Source: Pelomyxa schiedti (Eukaryota; Protista; Evosea). Taken from it: DNA of 64,000 nucleotides. A model generated the notes under the pieces. It was not told the origin of the DNA, did no database searches, and saw only the letters and a list, made by a program, of their open reading frames with translations. Both the position numbers and the translations under genes were made by a program. The stretch lies in assembly GCA_020536535.1 (NCBI GenBank), contig JAHLWZ010000511.1:4735-68734 (forward strand). The letters run 5' to 3'. This document shows, in pieces, positions 36,864 through 48,800 of the stretch. Each line of letters begins with the position of its first letter. Within the stretch, counting starts at the first letter, position 1.

Positions 36864-37935
36864 TTAATTTCTTGTCACAGTAATAGTGGCACAGCAGTAG
36901 GAGTACTTTTCCAGGGGGACCATCATGGGTGAACCACCTCTTTCAGATACTTTTACTCCTTTTGTTGTTGTAACAAGGAGACTCCAACTACTGTGAGCTG
37001 AAACAGCTGCGAAGGGGTTTGAACATGCGGTTCCACATGAGCAGTTAGTGAACTCATATAGAACCTGCTGAACCCGGAAAGTTCCATAGCCATGAGTGGC
37101 AAAAATTGGCTTGCCACACCCACAGCAAATTCCTAAAGTGGTGAGGCCAACTGCATTGGTACAAAGGCCAAGCCTGGAGAGTACCCCAGAAAATTCAACA
37201 GAGTATGGCAGAGTGTCCACAATCTGCACGCACTGGGCAGTGGTTGTAGAGTTGAACGTTTTGGCAACTGAGCAATTCACAAGATGAAACATATGGGAAA
37301 GGGACTGTTCCTTGCCAAGTTGTTGAACGAAGGCTTGGAGAAATGGGCTGCCCTCTGTGGTTCTCCAAGCATAGTGTGTTGGTGTTGTTGCGTAGGCAAT
37401 AAAAAAGCAATGATCCACTGTGAAGTTCGTTCTCCCATCTGCCACCGCGAGGTTCGTTCTCCCATCTGCCAAAGGTGTATTTCCATTGCCCCTGCAAGCT
37501 TGAACGAGAATTATTCTAGGCTTACGGTCCAATGAACGGCAATTAGAAGTTCGGAACTGATCAGAGACCCACTCCAACGGTACGGAAGAATCGTCACTAC
37601 CATAAATCTGTGGTGACACGAAAGCAATTAAATCGAATGATTTTTTTGAGATAGAAAGTGACACAACAAACCACGTTGTTGCCGCCATGGCTTGAGAGAA
37701 TCAGAACGAGACAGCCCACCTGCGAGTAATCCTCTTTACTTGCAGCAGCGATCGCGCGCCGTATCGCTTCCCCCGTCAAGGCGCCAGCCGACGTGGACAC
37801 GCTGAAGTTACGGTTCTCCAGTGCCGGGCGCAAGGCGTCTACGTCCCGCATGGCACCATCTCGCGTGTGCGTGTTACACACGATGTGGGCGCGTCCGTTC
37901 CATATGTCGTATGTTGTTTCACCTTCGCCTGTCAT
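36864..37935 (-). CDS. Caspase (peptidase C14A-like, QACRG) with a C-terminal Cys-rich Zn domain, ~335 aa, 2 exons
   Basis: Exons 37935-37672 and 37607-36864; Y..NGRAHIVCN..RDGAMRD, ILSSHG, KPRIILVQACRG, FFIAYATTP..AWR..GSPFLQ. Confidence 0.92.
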
Positions 37936-38100
37936 TATTCCTTCAAAGTTCCGGGTTGTTTATTTCACTTGGTGCTTGTTTGACGAGGATTGGCTCAAGA
38001 CGAAAGGCTTTTTTTGGGAAGCACTGACAGGCTGAATGGCATTGATGTAGATCTTTACGATGCATTTAAAAATTGATCATCACTTGTAGCCGTATCAGAG

Positions 38101-39276
38101 ATGTGCGACGACGCAACAAGGAAGGGAATAGCGTCGCCACCAGAGCACGTGGCGTGGGCACGCCACCAATTCGTTGCATTTTGCGTGGTGAGCGCCGCGC
38201 CTCGTTGCGCGGCGAAAAGCTTCCTCGCGGGGATTCCAAACAACGTTCTGGTGGACGAAATAGGCAGGAGGTGGATCATGGGCGTGAGCAGGCGGGCCGT
38301 CGTCGGGAGTTTGTACCGGAACGGGACAGGCCAGGCCCGCGGTGGGTACTGGTTCGTGAGTGTGTCCCACACACTCGGAGTGGTTAGAATATCCTCCGAG
38401 TTGGGAGTGAAGCCGTTCGGCGATGTGATCATGGGATGGCTCGACAGGAACATGGTCGTTTCAGTGAAGCCCACTGGGAAGGAAAGGTGTCCTGCCATCA
38501 CGAGGTGGCCTTCGGGAAGTCTCAAGGCTTGCTTGAGGGAGCGTTACTCTTGGGGTTCTATAATTACAAAGTTTGTAAGAAGCCGCAGTTGGGCTGTGGT
38601 GTACACACCCGGGAGGAAGGCGATGGAAATGTGGCCCATTCCGCTGTCATATTACCCTCTGGTTCTTGTTCCCCTGGGTTCCCAGGAAGAAGAGCTGATG
38701 TGGATGGATATCATTGATGGGGAACGGGGAGTTGTGTCTGTGAAGAAGGGTGAGCTTTACTTCCTTCGGTTCATTGACTTGGAAAAGACATACAAGCTCA
38801 GGGTTTTTTCCATTACACGGGAGTTCCAGCTGGACACCATATGTTGCGATGTCTACTTTTCCACCAAGCATGGAATCATTCTGTCACTTCAGTATCCTCC
38901 ACCACACAAATCCCGGCAGCCTTCGTGGGCAGAGAGAGAATTCCAGATGGTTATCTTACATCCGAACCAAGTGGTAAGCAGAAGCTACTTCATGGCAAGC
39001 AAAGTGGATTCGTGGCACTTTGTTCCAGCAGAAGCATGTCCCAGCCGTGGTGAAACCCATGTATATTCAACAAATGACTTGGATCATGTATCACAGGTGT
39101 TCGTGCATGACCCAGATTCTGTGACCAGAGTCTCTGATGGCCTGATAGCAATCCAGTGCCAAAAACACATTGACCTGCTTGATGCCCTGACTGGCCGTTG
39201 GTTGTGGCGCCAGGCTGCCCCTCTTGATACTCAGGACATTCTCTATATGAATAACCTCAGGCTCTCCTCGTTCTAG
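38101..39276 (+). CDS. Intronless lineage-specific family protein (ARHQFVAF..PRCA motif), 391 aa
   Basis: Uninterrupted ORF; partial copies at 1771-2360 and 45637-45938. Confidence 0.75.
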   Translation: MCDDATRKGIASPPEHVAWARHQFVAFCVVSAAPRCAAKSFLAGIPNNVLVDEIGRRWIMGVSRRAVVGSLYRNGTGQARGGYWFVSVSHTLGVVRISSELGVKPFGDVIMGWLDRNMVVSVKPTGKERCPAITRWPSGSLKACLRERYSWGSIITKFVRSRSWAVVYTPGRKAMEMWPIPLSYYPLVLVPLGSQEEELMWMDIIDGERGVVSVKKGELYFLRFIDLEKTYKLRVFSITREFQLDTICCDVYFSTKHGIILSLQYPPPHKSRQPSWAEREFQMVILHPNQVVSRSYFMASKVDSWHFVPAEACPSRGETHVYSTNDLDHVSQVFVHDPDSVTRVSDGLIAIQCQKHIDLLDALTGRWLWRQAAPLDTQDILYMNNLRLSSF

Positions 39277-42200
39277 TCATTTCAAAAAAAAAAAAAACTG
39301 TTTGCAGCAGTGTGCATCTTCATTCCATAATTTGCTATCCCCAGAGAGTTTTTTATGTGCTGAATCTTGAAGAAATCATGATAGTGTCTCATAGTGTATC
39401 TGATTGTGGTTCAGAGGACAAAAGAGTGGGTGACACATTTTCGGCAATGAAGCACCACTGTTTTCAAGATGTAGTTCTCGGCCAAATAGACAAGTAGGAA
39501 GCAAGCTGAATGATAGCCATAACTATACCGAGGACTTATTGGCTAGTTGTTCTACTATATAAATATGATTGGGGATTTTAGTGAGATGCTCTTCAGAGAC
39601 TGAAGGACTCCAGAGTCCAGCAAATTAGAACCTCTTTTTTCTGGTATTTCCACTATGCAAGGTGGATCCCGGATTTGCGCTCCTGTCAGCACTGGCCTCT
39701 TGCCAAACTTGTACTAGTTCGGGTGGAGTGGAGATAAGAACTCTGGATCCCTGGCAGCAAAGTTCACCAGAACCAAATAGATGCCATTACTGTAATGTAT
39801 GGAGGAGCAGTAGAGTCTCACGGTCGGAAATGTGTTGCTTGTATTTCCTGTCACACGTACAATGTGCAACCAAGCTACGCTTGATTCGTGAACACTCCTC
39901 AAATTCTTGAGTTGGGTGGAGTGTGGTTGACTCTTAGGATTTGAACCAGTATTCAAACGGCTGATGTTGATTTTCCTGTCCGGATGGCTGGTCCATTTAA
40001 GAGATAAAAGGGTGGTCCACTTTAAATTATGGGTGCCAATGAAACGCTGAAGGAAAGGGGGGGGTGAAGAAAAACAGAACAGAACAGGAAGCACAATGGG
40101 TTCTTTTGGTGGCCCAGTTAGATCAAACCGGAATTGTTCCCTGCCTCCATTAAAAGAATAATGAGTAATAAGCCTTCCAAGAAGTGGGAACCACAGGGAA
40201 CACCCCACGATAAAAGCCATGCTGGGTATAGACATCACATTACTGTTGAAAGCAATTCCACAGGTACGCCGACTCACATTGAATGGAACCAATAGCGAAT
40301 GTTGTCACTCTTCTCTTCCTCCTCTCCACTCTGGGGGCTAAAGGTTGTTCACTCGGCACTTTACGAGGAGTTGACGTACTCAACGCTCACAGCGATCTGG
40401 TGCCTGGGGTGCCCAATTAATGGTAATGGCGCTCAAAGAAGTTGTAAAACGTGTTTGGTTATCACCAAAAGACTCTTGTTGTCCACCTTCACAATATTTC
40501 CTATCTTGGAGTGCAGAACTTTCCAGATTGATGGGCTCTCATATTACTTTCGGCTGAAGTTGCAGCGTTGCGCCATCTATTTTGCCTGCGGCATTTCCCA
40601 AACACTACAATCAGCTTAGCTGTAGCACTCCTGCATAGTAACAAAAAAAGAGGAACGTGTAAAGCTGGGAGTTCTGGTAAAGCTGTTCACGTTGCTCAAT
40701 TGGACAATCTTTTCTGATACACGGGCAACCTTCCTCCACTCATCCAGGGAAACCTGAATGAACTGTCAAAGCTGAAGACAAACTTGGGCTGCCGTTCATG
40801 TAGATGTTTCATTCTGGATCCCTGGCGGCAAGTTTTGATGTTCCTCAGCATGACAAGGTGCATGTTCCTCAGGAAGTGTAATGCACACTGCCCCATTTAA
40901 TAGATAAAAGTGGTCCACATTGAATTATGGGTGTGACGGAAGGCGACACGTAGTTTTTTTGGGTCTTTGAATTGAATGAATGGCTTCAGAGCTAGGATGG
41001 TAATTATCAGCCCTGAAGTGCGGTACCGACAAGAATACATCGCCTCCTATCACACAGGCGACAAGAATCTAGCTTCAGAAAGTTAGCTTCGCAAGTTCTG
41101 CAGTATTCCCTTGTAGAGTTTGAAGTATATGTATCTCTTCTCTTTCTTTTGCACCTCAATCAACGCACCACATATTTTGCTAATAGCTTTCCGGGAGGCA
41201 TATATTTCGACAAGGGACTCCGGGTGCCACATGGTCATTTTGTCTTCTTCAAGCATGGGAGAGACAGAGACCGAGAGTGCATTGTACAGGATCTTCTTTG
41301 GGCAACAAGTATCCAGACTCGTCCAGCTATCTTGACAAGATCCAGAACAAAGGCATGAGCTGAAAAGTATGAACTGTGTCCTAGAGAAGCCTTTACAGAA
41401 GGAACAGTCATTCCAGCACTCCAAAGTAGCAATAGGTCTCCAAAACAAGAAATATATGCACTGATACCAGACCAGCCAGAGAGAGCTAGATTTGAAACAG
41501 GGAAACCAGAAAGTCCCACAGAGGAGAGTAGATCTGGCCATATTGACAAGGCGGCCTTGTTGTTATAACATGGTGGAATCGTGATTATGGCTGTGGAAAG
41601 TGACATTGTGGAATTGTGTTATCAGCTGGCACTCAAGTGGATACTTTTGGCACTAAGCTGAGCATTTCCAGCACTAGCAGCACCCACCTGGAATTCTAGT
41701 TGGCATGGGGGTGTTCTTAAACATGAACTGGGCTTTATAGTCCTGAGAGGAGGTTGGCACATTGTTTGCCACATTGAAGAGTGGATGGGAATCATAAATT
41801 GCGGGTATGCCATGAGAAAGACTCCCAAATACTTGTGGCCATGAGGAAGATGTTTTGGAGGATTTAGTTCCTACTGGAATCAGTGGGGTCCCTCGAAGAA
41901 TGCTTCCGTGCATCTTACCCCTATGGCTTCCTCACCTGGCACTGTCCAAGTTCGATGATTCCGTCCACCTCGTGATCATGTTCTCTCCAACAAAACAGTC
42001 CCTAGAGACTCGACGCGGTGTTGGAACACCGGCACAACAAAACGCACCAGCAAAATTACCCAGTCCACTCCCACTGCAGTTTTAAGAGCTGCATGAGGAG
42101 CACACATGTGCCCTGCTTTGCTTCTTCTTCTCTGGCTCTTGGTTTCCAGGTTCTGTCTCCAAATGCTGTGCAGCTTGTTTACTTGGATGTGCCAGTCAGA

Positions 42201-42497
42201 ATCTATGCTGGCTTCTGGTCTGAAAGCTGCGCCAGTGTGGGACGTCCATCTGAAGTGTTGTTAGTTCTTCCATTAACCAGGAACACCTCACCACAGCATG
42301 TAGCATTCCACAATTGGTGAGCAGGGCATTGTGTAATGGAAAGTTTTCTCATAAAAACGGCAGACTGCCAGACCCAGAAGTTCTCTCGGAGCTTTCTCTG
42401 GTTTAAGGTTGTCCTTCTGTTGTTTATGATTATACAACCAAAGAGAGTCTCAGACTGCATTACATGTGTTCTGAGATTTGAGGAAGAGGAGCAAGAT

Positions 42498-42689
42498 TGG
42501 GACTCACACTTTTGGGCATCAACGGGGCAGAAAACGTCCTGGTTCTCTGTACCCTGTGAAGGGAAAATTCTGAAATGTCTGGACCACATCTGGACCAGAC
42601 ACATTCTACCGCTTTGTGGTCTTTCCAGCCTCTGAGGAGCATCACATGGCAAGATCTGAAGACCCAAAAAATTAAAAGTGTGAGTCCCA
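42498..42689. mobile_element. 192-bp MITE with 16-bp TIRs (TGGGACTCACACTTTT) and AAGAT target duplication
   Basis: TIRs at 42498-42513 and 42674-42689; AAGAT at 42493-42497 and 42690-42694; empty site with a single AAGAT at 49635-49639; second copy at ~53899-54088. Confidence 0.9.
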
Positions 42690-42839
42690 AAGATGTTTAC
42701 ACAGCTGTCTCATTTCTAAATATATTTGAGAAGGTAAAATATTCAGGTGACAAGCTGTACTTAGTGGTACTTGCATAGTAAATTAAGACGGCTGATTGCG
42801 TATTTCAGTAATGTGAAAAAATGAGTACTTAAGGCGATG

Positions 42840-42842
<3 letters not shown>

Positions 42843-42870
<28 letters not shown>
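42843..42870. repeat. (AT)n microsatellite
   Basis: About 14 AT units. Confidence 0.9.
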
Positions 42871-42873
<3 letters not shown>

Positions 42874-45800
42874 ATATGTGCACCCTCACCTGACACAGTG
42901 CGCCAGTAACCGCACCAGAGTCTGAAGAAGAGTCAGCCAAAGTGGAAAAAAAGAAAAGAAAAAAATAAGCCATGGGTTGGTTGCAGTGGTTTCTTCTTCT
43001 TCATCATCATCTTTCAATATCCTTCTGATCATCCAAAAAAAAGTGGGCCCAATCTTTTTTCATTCGTTCATTCGTTCATTCAGTTCATTCAGTCCATACA
43101 TCCAGATGCAAACCAAGCAAAGATGCAATGCAACGCAACGCAACGCAACGCAATTGGGCGCCATGATCATCAGTCATCATCAATGAATGCTGTCTTCTCT
43201 TCCAAAATCCAAAAAAAAAGAAATCAAAAGGAAAGCTTGCTTTTCAGCCATGGGAGATATCTATCTGTTTCAGTTATCTTCTGTTCTGTTCCACAGTCTT
43301 CTTCTTCTTCTTCCTCTTCATCATCGTCGTCATCAGGATCGTCAACAGCTCAATTCTCCTCTTTCAATGATGCATGGTTCCCCACAGTCTTCTTCTTCTT
43401 CTTTTTCGTCATTGCCATCGCCGTCAGGCTCGTCACGTCATCAAATCATCGCGCGAGTCATCAGTCAGAGGGGAAGAAAAAAAAAAAAAAACGTCAAGCC
43501 AAAAGGAAAGATGTCAGTCGATTCAGAGATTCGATGCTTCTTCTTCTTCTTCCATCTCTGTTCTCTGTTCTCTGTTCTCCGTCTCAAAGTCTTTGTCTTC
43601 TCAGCTCAGCTCAGCTGGCACACTGTCCCCTGCCTGAGAATTTCTGGGCTGGGCAAGGCTCCAAAAAACCCAAAGCAAAAACCAAACGCCAGAGAGAGAG
43701 AGGAGCCAAGCAAGCAAGCACCAAAGAGAGAAAAACGCCAAAATGGATGTGGCTCCGACTCCCCTATGGTGTACCTGTACGAGGTGTGCCGATAATTGAA
43801 GACGATCGTTGTTCGCTGTGGACCTATCAGTAGGATCTCAAAACGACGTGGGTTCTCGTGGCACAGAAGGCCCGTCCCGTTTGCGTGTGTCTGCGGTTCC
43901 GCCTGTTTTCCTGTTTGATTGTTCTCGCCTTCACCGAACCAATTCCTCTTTGTGTCTCTCGAGACACTCCCGTAGCTTGCACAAAGAAACAGTTGCGAAA
44001 ACAGCAACTTTGTGGTGGATTGAGTGAAGGGCTGGGTTCGATGCAAGGGCATCGGCAAATAGCCTCTTTACTGGATACCTTTCTTTTCGCTGGTCGTGTG
44101 TCTGTTTCCACTTCTGCCTCTGGCATCCTCGTTGTTGCCAACGGGTGATCACCTGAGGCGCTGGGCAATAACTCGTTGGTGAAATGGACTGCTGTTTCTC
44201 TCAGGTGCAATAAAAAGTGGATGACAACAATTCCCAAATGAAACAATGCAAGAGCCCGCGAAAGAGCTGGAAATTCCTTCCAATAGAACGTTCCACAAGC
44301 AGGCTATGACAATGCCAATGGAGTTTAACTGTAAACAACTTGCTGAAACCTCACGGAAGCTTCAGTGAAAACGAATATCCCTTTTGAGGGGTGTTGACTT
44401 GACTAAGCTACTTGGCACCCCAGCTGCAGGTGTTCCATCTCACTGAGTTTTCATCCAGTCTGCATTTACTCAGGTTTGCTCTGCCTAGGTCCTATGTTTA
44501 TTGGGATAAATGCACAAGTACTTATGTTTCCTCCGCCTCAGGATGTTCTGTGCTGTTGGGTACCACTCTCCGTGCGGTATTATTCTCGTATCGACCCAGA
44601 GCTGAGGTTTTTTCACCAATAGGAGGGAACACGAAATTGATATTGTGTCAAAAACGACACCATCAAGGGACCCAAGCTCTAACGACATTGGAAGCGTTCT
44701 CTCCATCCTGACTTAAAAAAAACCATTGATTAAGACTGAATTCAAAGCTTGGCTCCGGTTCCTGGTATTTACATCTTGCACTGTCCCCCACCCTCCTTTT
44801 TTTTCAGTTTTAGAACTATTTCCCCATTTTTTTTCTAAAACCAGGAAGGAAACCCAAGCATTAAAGTGCACATGGTACGAACATTCCAAAGCACGTGCAC
44901 ATGCACTTGAAGTATAATTTGTACACAGAGGCTAAACGGCTTCAGTAGACAAAATACTTTTTTTTTTATGTGACAGTTGTAATAAACAACACAAGAATCC
45001 ATATTGATGATTTTGCTCAACTGGATCCTGTTTTTCTTTGTTTCATAATTTGGTGTATCAAGGAGGAGTACCTTTTGATTTGGGAGTGGGAGAAACTGCA
45101 AATGGGAATGGTTAGGAGGTAAGTGAGAACTTTTTCTAGAGGTACCTTTTTGGGTGACAAGTTTCTTCAGCAGCCGTGTTGTAAAGGAAGCCTGAGCAAT
45201 ATTGGCAACAGAATATCCCAATGTGGCCACCGCCTCCACTCCTTCAGTTCGTTCTTTGTCGGCGGCACTTTGGTTTTGATTCGGAGTTGCAATTTTGAAT
45301 TTTGTATTTTGTGTGTGAAAAACGCACCTATTGTTATTATCTGCATGCAGTGTCTCTTCAGTGGCAGCAAGGATGTTTTTGCTGGCATTGGTTATAGACC
45401 CCCATACATTTTCTTTTTTTTTTTTGCATTAGTGGGTGGAGTGAGATGAATGAATTTAACACGCACGGGCACCCTGGACCGATGCAGAAGCAACTTCCTT
45501 TGCGCCAGAGAGGGCATTGGGTTCTGGCAAAGGCATNNNNNNNNNNNNNNNNNNNNNNNNNNNNNNNNNNNNNNNNNNNNNNNNNNNNNNNNNNNNNNNN
45601 NNNNNNNNNNNNNNNNNNNNNNNNNNNNNNNNNNNNTAAGCAGAAGCTACTTCATGGCAAGCAAAGTGGATTCGTGGCACTTTGTTCCAGCAGAAGCATG
45701 TCCCAGCCGTGGTGAAACCCATGTATATTCAACAAATGACTTGGATCATGTATCACAAGTGTTCGTGCATGACCCAGATTCTGTGACCAGAGTCTCTGAT

Positions 45801-48800
45801 GGCCTGATAGCAATCCAGTGCCAAAAACACATTGACCTGCTTGATGCCCTGACTGGCCGTTGGCTGTGGCGCCAGGCTGCCCCTCTTGATACTCAGGACA
45901 TTCTCTATATGAATAACCTCAGGCTCTCCTCGTTCTAGTCATGAATTCCAAAAAAAAAAAACGGTTTGCAGATGCTGAACCGACATTCAAATAATTTGTT
46001 CTTGCAGTGCACATCTTCAGTCCAGAATTTGCTATCCCCAGAGAGTTTTATGTGCTGAATCTTGAAGAAGTCATTACAGTGTATCTGATTGTGGTTCAGA
46101 GGACAAAAGAGTGGGTGACACATTTTCAGCAGGGAAGCACTGCCACTGTTTTCAAGATGTATGTAGTTCTTGGCCAAATAGACAAACAGGAAGCAAGCTG
46201 AATGATAGCCATAACTATGCCGAAGACTAGTTGGCTAGTTGTTCTACCATATGAATATGATTGGGGACTTTAGGTGAGATGCTCTTCACAGACTGAAGGA
46301 CTTTCGGAGTCCAGAAGAAATATTGCCAGTTAGTACCCTTTTTTTTCTGGCATTTCCACCATGTAAGGTGGATCCCAGATTTGCGCTCCTGTCAGCACTG
46401 GCCTCTTGCCAAACTTGTACTGGTTTGGGTGGAGTTGAGATAATAACCCTGGATCCCTGGCAGCAAAGTTCACCAGAACCAAACAAATGCCATTACTGTA
46501 ATGTATGGAGGAGCAGTAGAGTAGGAAATGTGTGTTGCTTGTATTTCCTGTCACACGTACAATGTGCAACCAAGCTACGCTTGATTCGTGAACACTCCTC
46601 AAATTCTTGAGTTGGGTGGGGTGTGGTTGACTAGTTAGCACTTGAACCGGAATTCAAATGGTGATGTTGATTTTCCTGTCTGGGGTCCCCAGTGTATGCC
46701 TATGTTTTCGGCTGAGGATTCACGAAAGGAGCCTGATGTCCATCCCGGGGTTGTATGACCACAGTCCTGCCATCCAGTAGAGTGGCAAGTTGTATGCCCT
46801 TCAGGTGCCCTGGTCAATTTAAGAGATAAAAGGGTGGTCCACTTTAAATTATGGGTGCCAATGAAACGCTGCAGGAAAGGGGAGTGAAGAAAAACGGAAC
46901 AGACCAGGAAGCACAATGGGTTCTTTTGGTGACCCAGTCAGACCAAACCGGAATGGAATCTCCTGCACTGGGAAGTGAGTCCAAGAGATTCACAGGAGTG
47001 TGTGGCGAGTTGTTCCCTGCCTCCATTAAAAGAATAAAGCTCCATTTTAGATTGTGAGGTCAGAACAAGCCTTCCAAGAGTGGGAACCACAGGGAACACC
47101 CCACGATAAAAAAGCCATGCTTGGGTATAGACATCACATTACTGCTTTCTCAGTGTCTTTTGAAAGTTGACAGAAAGCAATTCCACAGGTACGCCCACTC
47201 ACATTGAATGGAACCAATGGCGAATATTGTCACCATGCTCTAGCCCCCAGAGCGGAGAGGAGGAAAATCTTGTCTCTCGTCACTTTACGAGGAGTTGACT
47301 GCAAGTATCGAACATATTCAACGCTCACAGCGATCTGGTGCCTGGGGTGCCCAATGAATGGTAATGGCGCTCAAAGAAGTTGTAAAACGTGTTTGGTTAT
47401 CACCAAAAGACTCTTGTTGTCCACCTTCACAATAGTTCGTATCTTGGAGTGCAGAACTCTCCAGTTTGGGCTCTCATATTACTTTCGGCTGAAGTTGCAG
47501 CGTTGTGCCATCTATTTTGCCTGCGGCATTTCCCAAACACTACAATGCAGCTTAGCTGTAGCACTCCTGCACAGTAACAAAAAAAGAGGAACGTGTAAAG
47601 CTGGGAGTTCTTGTAAATCCGTTCACGTTGCTCAATGGGACGATATTTTCTGATCCACGGGTAACCTTCCTTCACTCTACCTGAATGAATTGTCAAAGTT
47701 GAAGCCAAACTCGGGCCGTTCATGTAATATGTTTCATTTCTCGGGACTGCAAGATGCATGTCTCAGGTTTAGGCTGATGATGGGAATTTCATTACAGAAC
47801 TGGCCCTTTTTCGGTTTGAGTTGGGGTAAGAACTGTGGATCCCTGGCGGCAAGTTTTGATGTTCATTAGCACCCAGTTAGGATGGACAAGGTGCATGTCC
47901 CTCAGGAAGCATAATGCACACTGCCCCATTTAATAGATAAAAGTGGTCCATGTTAAATCATGGGTGTGACGGAAGGTGACAGAAACAGGAGACACGTAGT
48001 TTTTTTGGGTCTTTGAATTGTGGCTTCAGTTCTAGGATAGTAATTATCAGCCCGGAAGTTATACCGATAAGAATACATCGCCTCGCCTCCTATCACACAA
48101 TGGTATCCAGGTCGACAAGAATCCAGTCACAAGGAGAGTTATAACATTGTGGAATCGCGATTATGGCTGTGGAAAGTGACATTGTGGAATTGTGTTATCA
48201 GCTGGCACTCAAGAAGGCAGCATAGATTCTGACTGGCACATCCAAAGTAAAGCTGCACAGCATTTGGAGACAGAACCTGGAAAGTCAGAGAAGAAGAAGA
48301 AGAAGAAGCAAAGCAGGGCACATGTGTATCCCTCACGCAGCCCTCAAAACGGCAGTGGGAGTGGACTGGGTAATTTTGCTGGTGTGTTTTGTTGTGCCGG
48401 TGTTTCAACACCGCGCTGTATCTCTGGGGACTGTTTTGTTGGAGAGAACATGATCACGGGGTGGATGGAATCATCGAACTGAAGTCATGGACAGTGCCAG
48501 GTGATGAGGAAGCCACAGGGGTCAGATTCACGGAGGCCTTCTTCGAGGAGAATATCGATGGAGGCCTGGGACCACACTGATTCCAGTTAAAACGCTGGGG
48601 AGCCTCGTATAGTGGCAGTGATGGCACAACCGCAGGGAGCACTAATACCATCATTTAGTTATGTATGGTATGGTTGATGCCTTTCCCACCACACAAAATT
48701 TCAGCTTAAGTGGGCGATACTTGAAGAACAAGGGAGAAACAAACCACCTTCATGGATGCATCCCCTTTGTTCCAGACTTACTGGAGTGATCCTCAATCTC

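Larger units (their letters stand above)
38975..45335 (+). repeat. Segmental duplication copy A (paralogous to 45637-52922); mostly non-coding or decayed
   Basis: Collinear high similarity by eye, with indels, throughout. Confidence 0.85.

Noticed and set aside
39300-45330. Numerous 60-190 aa ORFs within the duplicated block
   Set aside because: No recognisable motifs, and indels between copies break the frames
45446-45938. ORFs spanning N gaps (also 1898-2806 and 58515-59587)
   Set aside because: Frame continuity across 100-N placeholders is meaningless
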